DNA of 64,000 nucleotides, taken from NCBI GenBank assembly GCA_963675295.2, contig CAXXKJ010000002.1, positions 3,232,001 through 3,296,000 on the forward strand, read 5' to 3'. This DNA comes from a bacterium (GTDB lineage Bacteria; Electryoneota; Electryoneia; Electryoneales; Electryoneaceae). The position numbers were made by a program, and so were the translations under genes. Below are positions 16,805-26,810 of the stretch, in pieces; the stretch's first letter is position 1; every line of letters begins with the position of its first letter. The notes beneath the pieces were generated by a model, which saw nothing but the letters and a program-made list of their open reading frames with translations, did not search any database and had not been told where the DNA came from.

Positions 16805-19780
16805 ATGCAGCGAATTCCAGTAATATTCACCTTATGCCTGTTGATTGCCTTGCCGGTGATTGCGGCGGAGGTCAGCCAGACCGGCGAAGCACCACAACCG
16901 GAATGGCAGTCGATGCCGGTCGGGACGACGTATGACGGGCTCATCCAGCAGTACCCGTTTCTGGATGTCGAGCAAAGCGATCTCGATCCGGGTGTGAGTC
17001 CGGAGGGCGACTACCTCGGCGCGGTGGCATTCAGCCGTGACGGTACTCGCATGTTCCTTTCCAGCCGGATGACGGACAACATCGACGTCTTCGATGCCGC
17101 GACGTACGATCACCTCGCGACGATCGACGTCGGCACGCAGCCGTGCTACATGGACTGCAGCGATGATTATCTCGTCGTGTCGTGCTCGTTCTCGGATGAA
17201 GTCTACGTGATCGACCTGGACGACTATTCCACCGCCGGTGTCTTCGCGACACAGGAACAGCCGTGGGTGGTGCATGTCAACGATGCCGGTACATACGCGT
17301 ATGTTGGCTGCGACATCGACGACTACCTCGAAGTCATCAACCTGAGCACGCTGACCCACGAACACACATGGCCGAACTTTCCGATCTGGCTGTCGTCGTT
17401 CGCGTTCAATTCAGAATCCGGCCGGTCGATGGTCAAGTTCACCGACTTCCTCGTGGTGCCGTTCACCGACCTGCTGATGGTTGCCGACGGCGACGACAAC
17501 ATCTTCTTCTTCAACGGTCAGACCGGGAACGTGGACTATACGATCAGTGGCGTCGGGGATGTTCGTGCGCTTGACATCGCGGGCGACCTGAATGGTGCGG
17601 TGGCGTTGACCAACTCCAACCCGGCGGTGGTGCATCAGATCACGCTGAACACGTACCACATCGTGCAGTCGTATACGATTACCGGCGAGTCGCCGAGTTT
17701 CTACGGTCTTGGCTGCAACCAGGACGCGACGAAAGCGTACCTCGGCCTCAACGGCAACGTCAGCTGCCTCGTCGACTTCGAGGACAACGAGCACGTCATC
17801 TTCAGCGACACCTACACCGCCTTCTGGGTGGGGACATCGTACGATCATCAGTACGCGATCAGCGGGCAGTATCGTTTCAGCCTGATCGACTTTGATACGG
17901 AGAGCATCGTTGGATCGTACTGGGGTTACAGCCAGTGGCTGGGCGCGGTTGCGCCGAACTCGTACCTCGCCATCGGCATGGACCCGATGTCACATGAAGG
18001 GATGTACGCCTACGACTTCAGCACACCGAACTCGATCCAGTTCGACAACAGCATGATCGCCGGCAGCGCGCCGGAAGGGGACGCGCCCCGCCGTGCCGCG
18101 ATCAGTCCGGACGGCAACAAAGCGGTTGTCTGTAACGTCATCTCCGACAACATCTCGATCATGAACCTGAACACCGGCGCGGTGGAGGCGATTCTGCCGA
18201 TCGGCGACCGTGTCCAGGATGTCGCGATCACCCATGACAGCGAAACCGCGGTCGTCTGCGGCATGAACACGAACTCGGTGTTCATCGTCGACCTGACCAC
18301 GAACGCGATTGTCGCGGAAATTCCAACGGGAACCCGTCCCGGGACAGTCGCGATCCATCCGGATGACACGTACGCCTATGTCGGCAACATTTCGACCAAC
18401 ACGGTCTCGCAAATCTACCTCGATGGCGCGAGCAGCTTCGAGATCGCGGAGGCGGGCTGCGGTGTGATCGGCGTGGTCTGGGCGGCTTACGGGGTTTCCA
18501 GCGACATCAAGGTCAGCCCGGACGGAAACGAGGTGCTGGTCGCTGCGTCGTTCGACGACCTGGTGTACGTCTTTGATGCGGGTAACCTGAACCTGCTGAC
18601 TACCATCCCGACCGGCGATTTCCCGTTGCAGATCGCGTTCGACGGCACCGGCAACCGGGCGATCGTCACCAACTACTTCAGCGACAACTACACCGTGATG
18701 GACATCGACGGCGCCAACTCCTCCCTGTTCGCGACAGTCGCGGGCGGTGACGCGCCGATGCGTATTGGCTACAACCCTGCGACCGACCAGTTCGGAATCG
18801 GCAATTACACCGGCAAGACGGTGTCGATGGTGGACGCGGTGACGGGCGGCGTGGTCAACACGATCAGCTATTCGACGTATGGAGCGCTCGTCGGCGTCGA
18901 TTTCACCGACAACGGCGACATGGTGGTTCTGACCGGCAGCACGACCGACGAATCCGGTCACCTGCATCACGTTGATGGCACCAGCACCCTGCCCGCTCCT
19001 CCCTCCTACTTCGCGATCAACAAGGCGGAAGAGCAGGTACTGGTTTGCATGCCCGGCCCGGACTATGTCAGCCTGTTCGAGTTTGCGCAGCCGCTGGTGT
19101 CGCTTGACCTGATGCCGCAGAACTCGCCGATTGTGATTCCGGCCGGTGGCGGCACGTTCCACTACGACGCCCAGATCACCAGCAACCTGCCCCAGATGGT
19201 TCAGGCGCAGGGCTGGACCCGTGTCACGCTGCCAAACGGCCAGACGGTCGGCCCGGTGATGCTGACCAACTTCAACCTGCCGCCGGGAACGTTTACCATC
19301 TCCGACCTGTTCCAGGATGTCCCGGCCGGCGCACCGGCGGGTGAGTATACGTTCCACGCGTTCATCGGCCGATACAACCAGGGCCTGATCGGCGCGATGG
19401 ACTCGTTCACCTTTACCAAGTCGGGTGCGGTTGCAGGCGGCAATGTCGACGACTGGACCGGATCGGGCCTTAGCCTGACCGCGGTGAGTACGCAGGAAAG
19501 CAAAGCGTTGCCAACGGACTACACTTTGGAAGCGGTGTATCCGAACCCGTTCAACCCGACGGCGACGGTGCGTGTGAGCCTGCCAGAACGTGCGGATCTG
19601 ACGGTGCGGGTGTACAACCTCACCGGCCAGCTGGTCACCGAGCTGGCGCACGGGCAGGTGGCAGCCGGTGTGCACGACTACGTGTTTGACGGATCAGCGC
19701 TGGCCAGTGGTGTGTACTTTGTCAAGGCAATCGTGCCGGGACAGTTGGACGCGACGCAGAAAGTGATGCTACTGAAGTAG
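16805..19780 (+). CDS. Secreted YVTN/YncE-type double beta-propeller with Ig-like domain and T9SS-type CTD
   Basis: Signal peptide; IDVGTQP, ISPDGNKAVV and IPTGTRPGTVAIHPD repeats; YPNPFNP...ASGVYFV...QKVMLLK. Confidence 0.85.
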   Translation: MQRIPVIFTLCLLIALPVIAAEVSQTGEAPQPEWQSMPVGTTYDGLIQQYPFLDVEQSDLDPGVSPEGDYLGAVAFSRDGTRMFLSSRMTDNIDVFDAATYDHLATIDVGTQPCYMDCSDDYLVVSCSFSDEVYVIDLDDYSTAGVFATQEQPWVVHVNDAGTYAYVGCDIDDYLEVINLSTLTHEHTWPNFPIWLSSFAFNSESGRSMVKFTDFLVVPFTDLLMVADGDDNIFFFNGQTGNVDYTISGVGDVRALDIAGDLNGAVALTNSNPAVVHQITLNTYHIVQSYTITGESPSFYGLGCNQDATKAYLGLNGNVSCLVDFEDNEHVIFSDTYTAFWVGTSYDHQYAISGQYRFSLIDFDTESIVGSYWGYSQWLGAVAPNSYLAIGMDPMSHEGMYAYDFSTPNSIQFDNSMIAGSAPEGDAPRRAAISPDGNKAVVCNVISDNISIMNLNTGAVEAILPIGDRVQDVAITHDSETAVVCGMNTNSVFIVDLTTNAIVAEIPTGTRPGTVAIHPDDTYAYVGNISTNTVSQIYLDGASSFEIAEAGCGVIGVVWAAYGVSSDIKVSPDGNEVLVAASFDDLVYVFDAGNLNLLTTIPTGDFPLQIAFDGTGNRAIVTNYFSDNYTVMDIDGANSSLFATVAGGDAPMRIGYNPATDQFGIGNYTGKTVSMVDAVTGGVVNTISYSTYGALVGVDFTDNGDMVVLTGSTTDESGHLHHVDGTSTLPAPPSYFAINKAEEQVLVCMPGPDYVSLFEFAQPLVSLDLMPQNSPIVIPAGGGTFHYDAQITSNLPQMVQAQGWTRVTLPNGQTVGPVMLTNFNLPPGTFTISDLFQDVPAGAPAGEYTFHAFIGRYNQGLIGAMDSFTFTKSGAVAGGNVDDWTGSGLSLTAVSTQESKALPTDYTLEAVYPNPFNPTATVRVSLPERADLTVRVYNLTGQLVTELAHGQVAAGVHDYVFDGSALASGVYFVKAIVPGQLDATQKVMLLK

Positions 19781-19802
19781 CCGGAAACCCCCGTTTAGCA
19801 AC

Positions 19803-19834
19803 AAACGCGGCTTGCATTCGCAGGCCGCGTTTTT
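19803..19834. terminator. Bidirectional terminator between convergent genes
   Basis: AAACGCGGCTTGC-attc-GCAGGCCGCGTTTTT. Confidence 0.8.
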
Positions 19835-19856
19835 CTGTGCTGTCTGTTCGGGATGC

Positions 19857-20999
19857 TCAGCCGGGAATGTGAACCGTCAGCGGTTGACGAATTCCGTGTG
19901 TTTTGTCGAATGCCTTGATTCGCTGAATCATCGCCTCAGTGATTTCCTGCCCGTTGCTGGCAACCAGCAGGCTGTTCTCCGTGCGAACGTCAGCGGCCAA
20001 CACCATCCCGGATGCAAGAGCTTTGAGGCTGACCCTCTGGGGACCACCCGTTTCCCGGCTGGCGGCGGACTTGTTCAACGCGTTAAGGAACAGGCCGAAA
20101 AACTGTTTCGGCTTGCCGCGCATTTCAGCGATGATCTCTTCGTGCTGACGGCCATGCATCCGATCAATGTCATAGTAGAATGCAATCCGCAGCAGTTGTG
20201 ATCCAATCGTTTGTTCGCTGACCGATCCCTGCTTGTACTCCTCGAAGGTGAATGTCACCGGATCGAACTGATGCCGGATGATCTCGGCGACGGTCTCCAT
20301 CCGTGGAATGTTTCCCAGCAGGTTCGCGCCGAGCGAAGCATGGGCAATGAACTGACGGATCTCCGTATCACTGAGGTGATTCAGTCCGGTTATGGTCTTC
20401 TTCACCAGTTCGTCGGGCAGTGAAACACAGCCAATCTGGGACAGCAACGCCGCAATATTGATCTGCCATTGATCGCTGACATCGAGATGGCTGCACATCC
20501 CACGGACATAGCGATAGATCCGGGCGGAGCGGCTGAACGATGCTGGATCAACCATGCCCATCAACTCTGTCAGTACCTGAACGCTTGCCTGAAGCGTCTT
20601 TTCCAACAGCTCTCTTTCGACGCGCTTCAGGTTGAATCGTTCAATTCCCTCGGTAACCGCACCGACAATCTCATCGCGTTTAGGCGGTTTCTGGATGAAC
20701 TTGAAAATGTGGCCTTCGTTCACCGCGTCAATCGCGATCTGCCCATCCATTAGCCCGGTACACAGGATACGGATGGTATCCGGATACAAATCAGCAATTT
20801 TCTTCAGCAGCTCGACGCCATTCATGCCCTCCATGCGATAATCCGCGATGACGACTGCGGCATCATCTAGATCTTCAAGCATGCGCAATGCCCGGTCGCC
20901 GCTGTTTGCCTTGGCGACCTTGCACACCGGACTGATCAGACGAAAGATGATTTCCTGAAACCGATCATCATCATCAACTACCATTACCAGTTTATTCAT
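19857..20999 (-). CDS. Response regulator with REC and HD/HDOD-like output domain
   Basis: VVDDD, IADYRMEGMNG and FIQKP receiver motifs; AALLSQIG...H...IPRMETVAEIIRHQ. Confidence 0.8.
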   Translation of the reverse strand: MNKLVMVVDDDDRFQEIIFRLISPVCKVAKANSGDRALRMLEDLDDAAVVIADYRMEGMNGVELLKKIADLYPDTIRILCTGLMDGQIAIDAVNEGHIFKFIQKPPKRDEIVGAVTEGIERFNLKRVERELLEKTLQASVQVLTELMGMVDPASFSRSARIYRYVRGMCSHLDVSDQWQINIAALLSQIGCVSLPDELVKKTITGLNHLSDTEIRQFIAHASLGANLLGNIPRMETVAEIIRHQFDPVTFTFEEYKQGSVSEQTIGSQLLRIAFYYDIDRMHGRQHEEIIAEMRGKPKQFFGLFLNALNKSAASRETGGPQRVSLKALASGMVLAADVRTENSLLVASNGQEITEAMIQRIKAFDKTHGIRQPLTVHIPG

Positions 21000-21147
21000 G
21001 GTATAACAACTCCATGGTCGGGGGTGAAAAGCATGAATGCAACATAGTGAGACGCAGGATTGAAACTAATAACAAATACGAAGACATACTTACCCTGAGA
21101 GATAAATAAGGATTGAAACATAAATCACGAAGTGCCAATCTTGGTTA

Positions 21148-22932
21148 CTATTTCGTGTAAGTTGCTTTACTAACGACAGAATCACGGCCGTTTAGTTCGG
21201 CACGAACGAGGTAGGTACCGGACGCCAACCCGGTTGCATCGAAGGGGATGTCGTACGTCGCTGGCGGGTAATAGACGCTGTCGACGAGAGTATCGACCGT
21301 GCGTCCCACCGAGTTGAACACGTGCACACTAAGGTAGCCCCCGTCCACCAGGATCACGCGGATCTTGGTCCAGGGGTTGAACGGGTTCGGGTAGATCACA
21401 TCGAGCGCGATGCCGTTCGGAATGCCTGGATCGTTTGGGAAGTCACCGGGTCCGGCCTCTGGTTTCGGAACAGCATCTACCGCCGCCTTCGCCTGCACCA
21501 GTCCCGCACCGAAATCGTTGTCTTTGCCAGGCACGCCGAGATCGAACGCGGTCGTCTGCAGGATCGAATCCACCTGTACCGGCAGCAGCTCGAAGTTTTT
21601 TGACAGCATCAGCGCGACGGTTCCGGCGACATGCGGCTGCGCCATCGACGTGTTGTTGAATCCGGCGTACGTGCTGTCCGAGTTGTACGGCAGGCTGAAC
21701 CCTTCGATCCCGGGCGCGCAGATGTCCGGTTTGATCAGACCAACGTGCCCTTCGCTGAGCGGGTAATCGTTCCACGGCGCGACGTCTTCCCAGGTCACCG
21801 GTCCCGGGCTGGACACCTCGGTCGGGTTGTTCGACTGGTCGATGCCGCCGACGGTGATCTGGCCGCCGCGAGCGCCGGATTCGACTTCGTCCGGGTTGCG
21901 CCACGGCGAAGGCACATCGCCGGGCACCGAGATCGCGTCCGGCGGGGTACGTTGCGCACGACGGTTGCCGGCGCTCTTGACGCAGATGATCCCGGCGATT
22001 GCGAGGATCTCGTAACGTTCTCGCCAGATCGGCCGGTCTTCCGGGCCGGGCGATCCCCAGCCGAGGGACATGCTGATGACATCGGCGCCGTGCTCGAGTG
22101 CAAAATCCTGCGCGAGCCAGGTGTCGGTGACCACGCCGGTGTACAGGTCCTGCCGGACACGCAGCCCCATGATGGTTGCGTCTGGAGCAACACCGGTCGC
22201 AATGCCCGAACTGCCGTCTCCGGCGACCAGGCCGGCGACCCCTGCCCCATGCCCCGATTCGTCAATTGGATCGAGGTCCTTGTCCGCAAAGTCGTAGCCG
22301 TGCTTCGGGTACTCGGGACTGCCATCCCAGAGGTGATCCCGCAGGTCAGTGTGTTTGTAGTTGATGCCGGTATCGATAATCGCGACCAGCACGCCCTTGC
22401 CCGTGTAGGCGTCCCAGACCTGCGGCGCCTGGATGTGGTCGATATGCCAAGGGATCTGCACATCCCCGGCGGTACGTAACTCAGTGGAAACGCCGTCCGT
22501 ATCCGACGATCGCGGCATGACGTGCACCACCTTCAAGATGTCGGGATGGTCCAGCACGTCGGTGAACGCTGCCGGTTTGGCCTCGACGACGATCCCGTTC
22601 GAGATCCGCAATGGCCGCATGGTTTCGACGATCCCGGCATCGATCTTCTGTTGCAGTAGTTGCCGGATACGATACTGGCTGCGTTCCGCAAGCACGTCCA
22701 ACTCGTTCCACACCACCTCGCTGCGCTGGTCACGGGTGAGGTGACTCACCTTGCGGCGGAGGTCGCTCAGATCAGGCCGTTCCCGCATCAGGATCAAAGC
22801 GGAGATGGAGGTGTCCGGCGGAAGGGATTGCAGGCGTGCGGGCGTGAGCCGTTCGGCATTCGCGAACGGAACCAGGCCGGCGAACAGCAGGAAGATCAGG
22901 GCAACCGTCAGCAGTCGATGCAGCGAAATCAT
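21148..22932 (-). CDS. Secreted S8 (subtilisin-like) serine peptidase with T9SS-type CTD
   Basis: IIDTG (Asp), GHGAGVAG (His), SAGN (oxyanion), TSMAQPHVAG (Ser); YPNPFN...ASGTYL. Confidence 0.88.
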   Translation of the reverse strand: MISLHRLLTVALIFLLFAGLVPFANAERLTPARLQSLPPDTSISALILMRERPDLSDLRRKVSHLTRDQRSEVVWNELDVLAERSQYRIRQLLQQKIDAGIVETMRPLRISNGIVVEAKPAAFTDVLDHPDILKVVHVMPRSSDTDGVSTELRTAGDVQIPWHIDHIQAPQVWDAYTGKGVLVAIIDTGINYKHTDLRDHLWDGSPEYPKHGYDFADKDLDPIDESGHGAGVAGLVAGDGSSGIATGVAPDATIMGLRVRQDLYTGVVTDTWLAQDFALEHGADVISMSLGWGSPGPEDRPIWRERYEILAIAGIICVKSAGNRRAQRTPPDAISVPGDVPSPWRNPDEVESGARGGQITVGGIDQSNNPTEVSSPGPVTWEDVAPWNDYPLSEGHVGLIKPDICAPGIEGFSLPYNSDSTYAGFNNTSMAQPHVAGTVALMLSKNFELLPVQVDSILQTTAFDLGVPGKDNDFGAGLVQAKAAVDAVPKPEAGPGDFPNDPGIPNGIALDVIYPNPFNPWTKIRVILVDGGYLSVHVFNSVGRTVDTLVDSVYYPPATYDIPFDATGLASGTYLVRAELNGRDSVVSKATYTK

Positions 22933-23885
22933 GGGTTTGCGTGACCGTCGTGTGACTCAGGATTAAACGGGTAGAACGATACAGCAGCCGCGAGGTCCCG
23001 GGTTTCCTCGCTGATGGTATAATAACCAGTTCCCGACAAGTTGAATGCAAGCGCTTCGCCCTGCGGTTCGGTTACGTACGGCAACGTGTCCGGCGGCTGG
23101 GTGAACAGCTCCGCGATCGACACACCGTCCTCATGGTACCAGTGCAGGATTGCATCGTACGTCTTGACGATCACATGCCGTCCGTCGCGGCTGATATCTC
23201 CGGCAGCGATCGGCGGACCGGTGATGTCGGCGACATGTTGCAGGATCTGCGGACGGTCGGTATGGATCGGCACCGCCCGGTAGACCTGCACCGGCCACAG
23301 GCGTTTCGTCATGATGTACATGTCGCTGGTAAATGGATCCACCAGCAGCGTTTCGGCGTCTCGTGGGCTTTCCGGGTACATGAAGTCGAACCGTTCGACA
23401 TCCTCGATCAGCAACGGGATGCCCGGTTCGAACTCCTTCGCCTCCGGTTCACGAAAGCGGTAGATGACGACGTTCTTGTATGCGTTGTCGTTGTCGCCGA
23501 TGTCACCAATGTAGAGGTAATCGTCCGTGCCACCCGGCCCGGGACCAATGGCGATATCCTCCCAGTCACGGGCGTCGATGCCGTCCAGCTGCAATTCCGC
23601 CAGTGAATCACCATAGGCACTGATCGCATACAGCCGGGCGATATCGCCGCTGTCGTTGTGCACCCACAGCCAGCCGGGGTTCCGTCGTGACGCGATCAAC
23701 CCGGACGCTTCGGTGATGCGGTCATCCTGCACGACACCGAGCACCACCGGATCCAGCCCGGCGGGCGGCTGGTTGGACGTGTTGTCGTGGGACGTGCAGG
23801 CGGCAAGGAAGGCAGCCAGTGTCACCAGCAGTGTCAGTGTGATCAGGAATCGGGACACGAAGACGGGTCCGGGGTTAGTAGTCAC
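22929..23885 (-). CDS. Putative lipoprotein, beta-propeller-like conserved hypothetical protein
   Basis: LAAC lipobox; EASGL, HNDSG, DWEDI, DIGDN, DAETL and QGEA motifs; overlaps both neighbours. Confidence 0.65.
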   Translation of the reverse strand: MTTNPGPVFVSRFLITLTLLVTLAAFLAACTSHDNTSNQPPAGLDPVVLGVVQDDRITEASGLIASRRNPGWLWVHNDSGDIARLYAISAYGDSLAELQLDGIDARDWEDIAIGPGPGGTDDYLYIGDIGDNDNAYKNVVIYRFREPEAKEFEPGIPLLIEDVERFDFMYPESPRDAETLLVDPFTSDMYIMTKRLWPVQVYRAVPIHTDRPQILQHVADITGPPIAAGDISRDGRHVIVKTYDAILHWYHEDGVSIAELFTQPPDTLPYVTEPQGEALAFNLSGTGYYTISEETRDLAAAVSFYPFNPESHDGHANP

Positions 23886-24777
23886 GGATTTCGGGACGGT
23901 TGCGCGCGCGTTCCATTCGCAGCTTCAGTGCGATTTCAGCGACACGGGGATCGTCGGGCAGATGGGTCTGGATCGGCTTCAGGTCGGCCTTGATCCGTGT
24001 GCCCTTGAACTGCACCACACCGAGGTAACGGCTTTTAGCACCGCACTGAACGTACGGCGTTTGACCCAGCAGCTCGGCGCTCTGGATCAGGTCGGAGTTC
24101 AGCCCACCGATCACCAGCTGGTACCCCTGCCACCAGTCCTCATGGTCACGGATCTGTTCCATCGAGGCCTGGGCGAGGACAATCTTCCGTGCATCGTCGG
24201 GCACGTCCGCGAAGGCTGCATCAATCGATTCCTCAACGTCCGCAAGGGAAAAGTCCTCGTAGACCCCTGGACCCAGCAGGCGCAGGCTTTCGCGTGTCGT
24301 GATGCCGGTGATCGCCCACGTGTAGCCGCCGCGTTGGATGACACGGACTCGTTCCCCGACCGGGGAACCGTCCCGGTAGCTGAGGTTGGCGCTGACAATC
24401 GGCAGCGCGACCTCGATCTGCTTCATCCACTCCGCACCGTAGCCCAGTTCCTGGTAGCCGACGGTGACAGCGTCGTAGTTGTGCAGCTTGTACGCCTGCA
24501 GCATGAACGTCGCCCCGAGGCTGTCCCGTGTTTCCGGGAAGAAGTTCCCGGCATCGACGAGGGCCAGCGGTCCGAGCTCACGCATGCGTTCGATCTCGGG
24601 CAGGCGTTTTTCGAGGGCACCGTATGGATCGGATGGGCAGCGACAGTTTTCGATCCGGCCGTCCGCACGTGCGGTATACAACAGAACTGCCGGCTCGGCA
24701 GCCAGCGACACAGTCGCCGTGATGCCGAGCAGGCAGAAGATGATGAGTGTTCGCAAGGAACGCATGGCAGTCACCAA
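23875..24777 (-). CDS. UshA-like (5'-nucleotidase/metallophosphoesterase fold) secreted protein with a CxC motif
   Basis: GRIENCRC...GAL.KR, LVDAGN, YDAVTVGYQEL and PIVSANL motifs. Confidence 0.7.
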   Translation of the reverse strand: MVTAMRSLRTLIIFCLLGITATVSLAAEPAVLLYTARADGRIENCRCPSDPYGALEKRLPEIERMRELGPLALVDAGNFFPETRDSLGATFMLQAYKLHNYDAVTVGYQELGYGAEWMKQIEVALPIVSANLSYRDGSPVGERVRVIQRGGYTWAITGITTRESLRLLGPGVYEDFSLADVEESIDAAFADVPDDARKIVLAQASMEQIRDHEDWWQGYQLVIGGLNSDLIQSAELLGQTPYVQCGAKSRYLGVVQFKGTRIKADLKPIQTHLPDDPRVAEIALKLRMERARNRPEIRDY

Positions 24778-24824
24778 TCAGTCCGAACTGTTCCTTGTAC
24801 CCGTGTATCGGGCATCCGTTCCCA

Positions 24825-26696
24825 CTAGCCCTGCAGCTCCATGGGTTGACGTTCTCCGCCGGTGTCCGGTTCGCCGTCGATCTCTTCTGTGTTCGACTGC
24901 TTCCAGAAGCCTCGACCAGCCCTCATCGCGTCGTCCTGGAGCTGACGGTACTCGTCGGCCCGTTCGTGATCGACCGTCGGATCGGCCAACGCATACCCGT
25001 TTTCGATCATCCACGCACCAACGTCGACACCACCCGCTTCCAGGTACGCCGTCAGGTCGTTGGACTGGTCGGTCAGCTGCGGTGGCGGATAGTGCAGCGC
25101 GACGCCGTCCCCCTGGAATTCGTCGCTCGCAGCTTCGATGGCGACCAGGATCCGGGCTTCGTCAGACGCAAAGTCCCCAGCGGTCACACCCAGCAGGTGA
25201 GCGTTGCGTCCACCATCGAGAACGACCATGTCCGTCGAGGCGAACTGGTCGATACTGTCCCTGCTGCTGATCCAGGTGACCAGCACCGCGACCATGGCGG
25301 CGATACCGATGATCGCGCCGATCATGAAGATCGGATGACCCGGCTTCCCACCCCCGCCTGCTTCTCCACCCGCGGAGGTTGCTGCTTCGTGTTCGGCCTG
25401 GTGGATGATCGGGTCGAGCCAGCGCAGCAGCATCATCGCGACGACAAACACCGCCGCAGCGGCAGCGATGAAGATCATGAAGAAGGTGGAGTGCGGGATC
25501 GCCCCCCACAGGCCACCCCCGACCGCACCGGCTAGGTAGTTGCCGATGGCGGTTGAGACGAACCACCCGCCCATCATCATCCCCATTAGTTGCGGAGGCG
25601 CCAGTTTACTGACCAGCGACAGTCCCATCGGGCTGAGGCATAGCTCGCCGGTGGTGATGACGGCATAGGTACTGACCAGCCAGACGACACCGACCTTGCC
25701 TTCGTTCCCACCGAACAGGCTCGCACCGGTCATAATGGTGTACGCCACGGCCGTCAGCAGCATGCCGATGGCCAGCTTGGCAGCGGTGGACGGCTCCTTC
25801 TTCCGGAAGCGCAGGCGTTGCCAGAACGCGATCAACGGGAAAGTCAGCAGCAGGATGAACGCCGGGTTGATCGAGCTGAAGATCTCCGGTTGCAGGATGG
25901 TATTGCTGGCGTTCCGTGCCCAGAAGGTCAGGGTCAGGCCCTGCTGGCTGAACGCCATCCAGAAGACGATTACCACGAGGAAGACGACGATCAACGCACC
26001 GACGCGTTTCTTCGCCACGGCCGGGTCGATCTTGTCCATCCCTTCCTTGTGGTCCAACCGTGAAGCTGCCGGGCCGATGTCGCCGGCCTTGACATACTTC
26101 TGGAAGATGAGGAACACCAGCATCGATACGACCATGCCGATGGCTGCGGTGGCGAAGGCAGCGTGCCAGCCCCACATGTTCCGTGCCCACGCGGCGACCA
26201 GCGGGGACGCGAACGCGCCGAGGTTGATGCCGAGGTAGAAGATGTTGTAGCCATCATCCTTCTTGTCCGGCATGTCACGGTAGAGGTTGCCGAGCATGGT
26301 CGAGATGTTCGGCTTGAACAGCCCGTTCCCGATAATCAGCGCGATTAGTCCACCGAAGAAGAATGGCAGCGGCCGGAAGGCCAGCAGCAGGTGTCCGAGG
26401 ATGAAGAACGCACCGCCGAGCATGACGGTTCGCCGGATCCCCAGCACGCGGTCGGCGATAATGCCGCCGAACAGCGGGGTGAAGTAGACGATGCCGATGT
26501 ACAGGCCGTAGATCTGCCCGGTCTTGGTCACGGAAAATCCGAGACCGCCGTCCTCCACCGGAGCATTCATGTACAGCGACAGGATCGCCAGCATGCAGTA
26601 GAAGCTGAACCGTTCCCACATCTCCGTCAGGAACAGGACGGGCAATCCCTTGGGGTGTTTGACTTTGGCAGGTGCCAGTGATGCCGCGTTGGCCAT
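24825..26696 (-). CDS. POT/PTR-family proton-dependent oligopeptide transporter with a C-terminal SNase-like extension
   Basis: HPKGL, EMWERFSFY (ExxERFxxY), GNGLFKPNI and GELCLSP motifs; extra TM segment plus an approximately 130-aa domain ending in AMRAGRGFW. Confidence 0.85.
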   Translation of the reverse strand: MANAASLAPAKVKHPKGLPVLFLTEMWERFSFYCMLAILSLYMNAPVEDGGLGFSVTKTGQIYGLYIGIVYFTPLFGGIIADRVLGIRRTVMLGGAFFILGHLLLAFRPLPFFFGGLIALIIGNGLFKPNISTMLGNLYRDMPDKKDDGYNIFYLGINLGAFASPLVAAWARNMWGWHAAFATAAIGMVVSMLVFLIFQKYVKAGDIGPAASRLDHKEGMDKIDPAVAKKRVGALIVVFLVVIVFWMAFSQQGLTLTFWARNASNTILQPEIFSSINPAFILLLTFPLIAFWQRLRFRKKEPSTAAKLAIGMLLTAVAYTIMTGASLFGGNEGKVGVVWLVSTYAVITTGELCLSPMGLSLVSKLAPPQLMGMMMGGWFVSTAIGNYLAGAVGGGLWGAIPHSTFFMIFIAAAAAVFVVAMMLLRWLDPIIHQAEHEAATSAGGEAGGGGKPGHPIFMIGAIIGIAAMVAVLVTWISSRDSIDQFASTDMVVLDGGRNAHLLGVTAGDFASDEARILVAIEAASDEFQGDGVALHYPPPQLTDQSNDLTAYLEAGGVDVGAWMIENGYALADPTVDHERADEYRQLQDDAMRAGRGFWKQSNTEEIDGEPDTGGERQPMELQG

Positions 26697-26810
26697 CTCC
26701 CTCTCCTCTCGCCTCTCGACAGAAACCGCGCAGGTGCTGCATTGCCTTCAGATGTTCGGCAATATAGCCACCAGCCTTGCCAGATCAACCCGAAAGCCAC
26801 GGAAACACGG

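Noticed and set aside
17990-19675. Long antisense ORFs (also 28507-30126, 11663-12835, 57905-59272)
   Set aside because: They are shadows of GC-biased genes on the opposite strand and carry no recognisable motifs.
2161-19780. Integron cassette array or diversity-generating retroelement
   Set aside because: No attC-like sites, integrase or reverse transcriptase, and the repeat mismatches are not adenine-specific.
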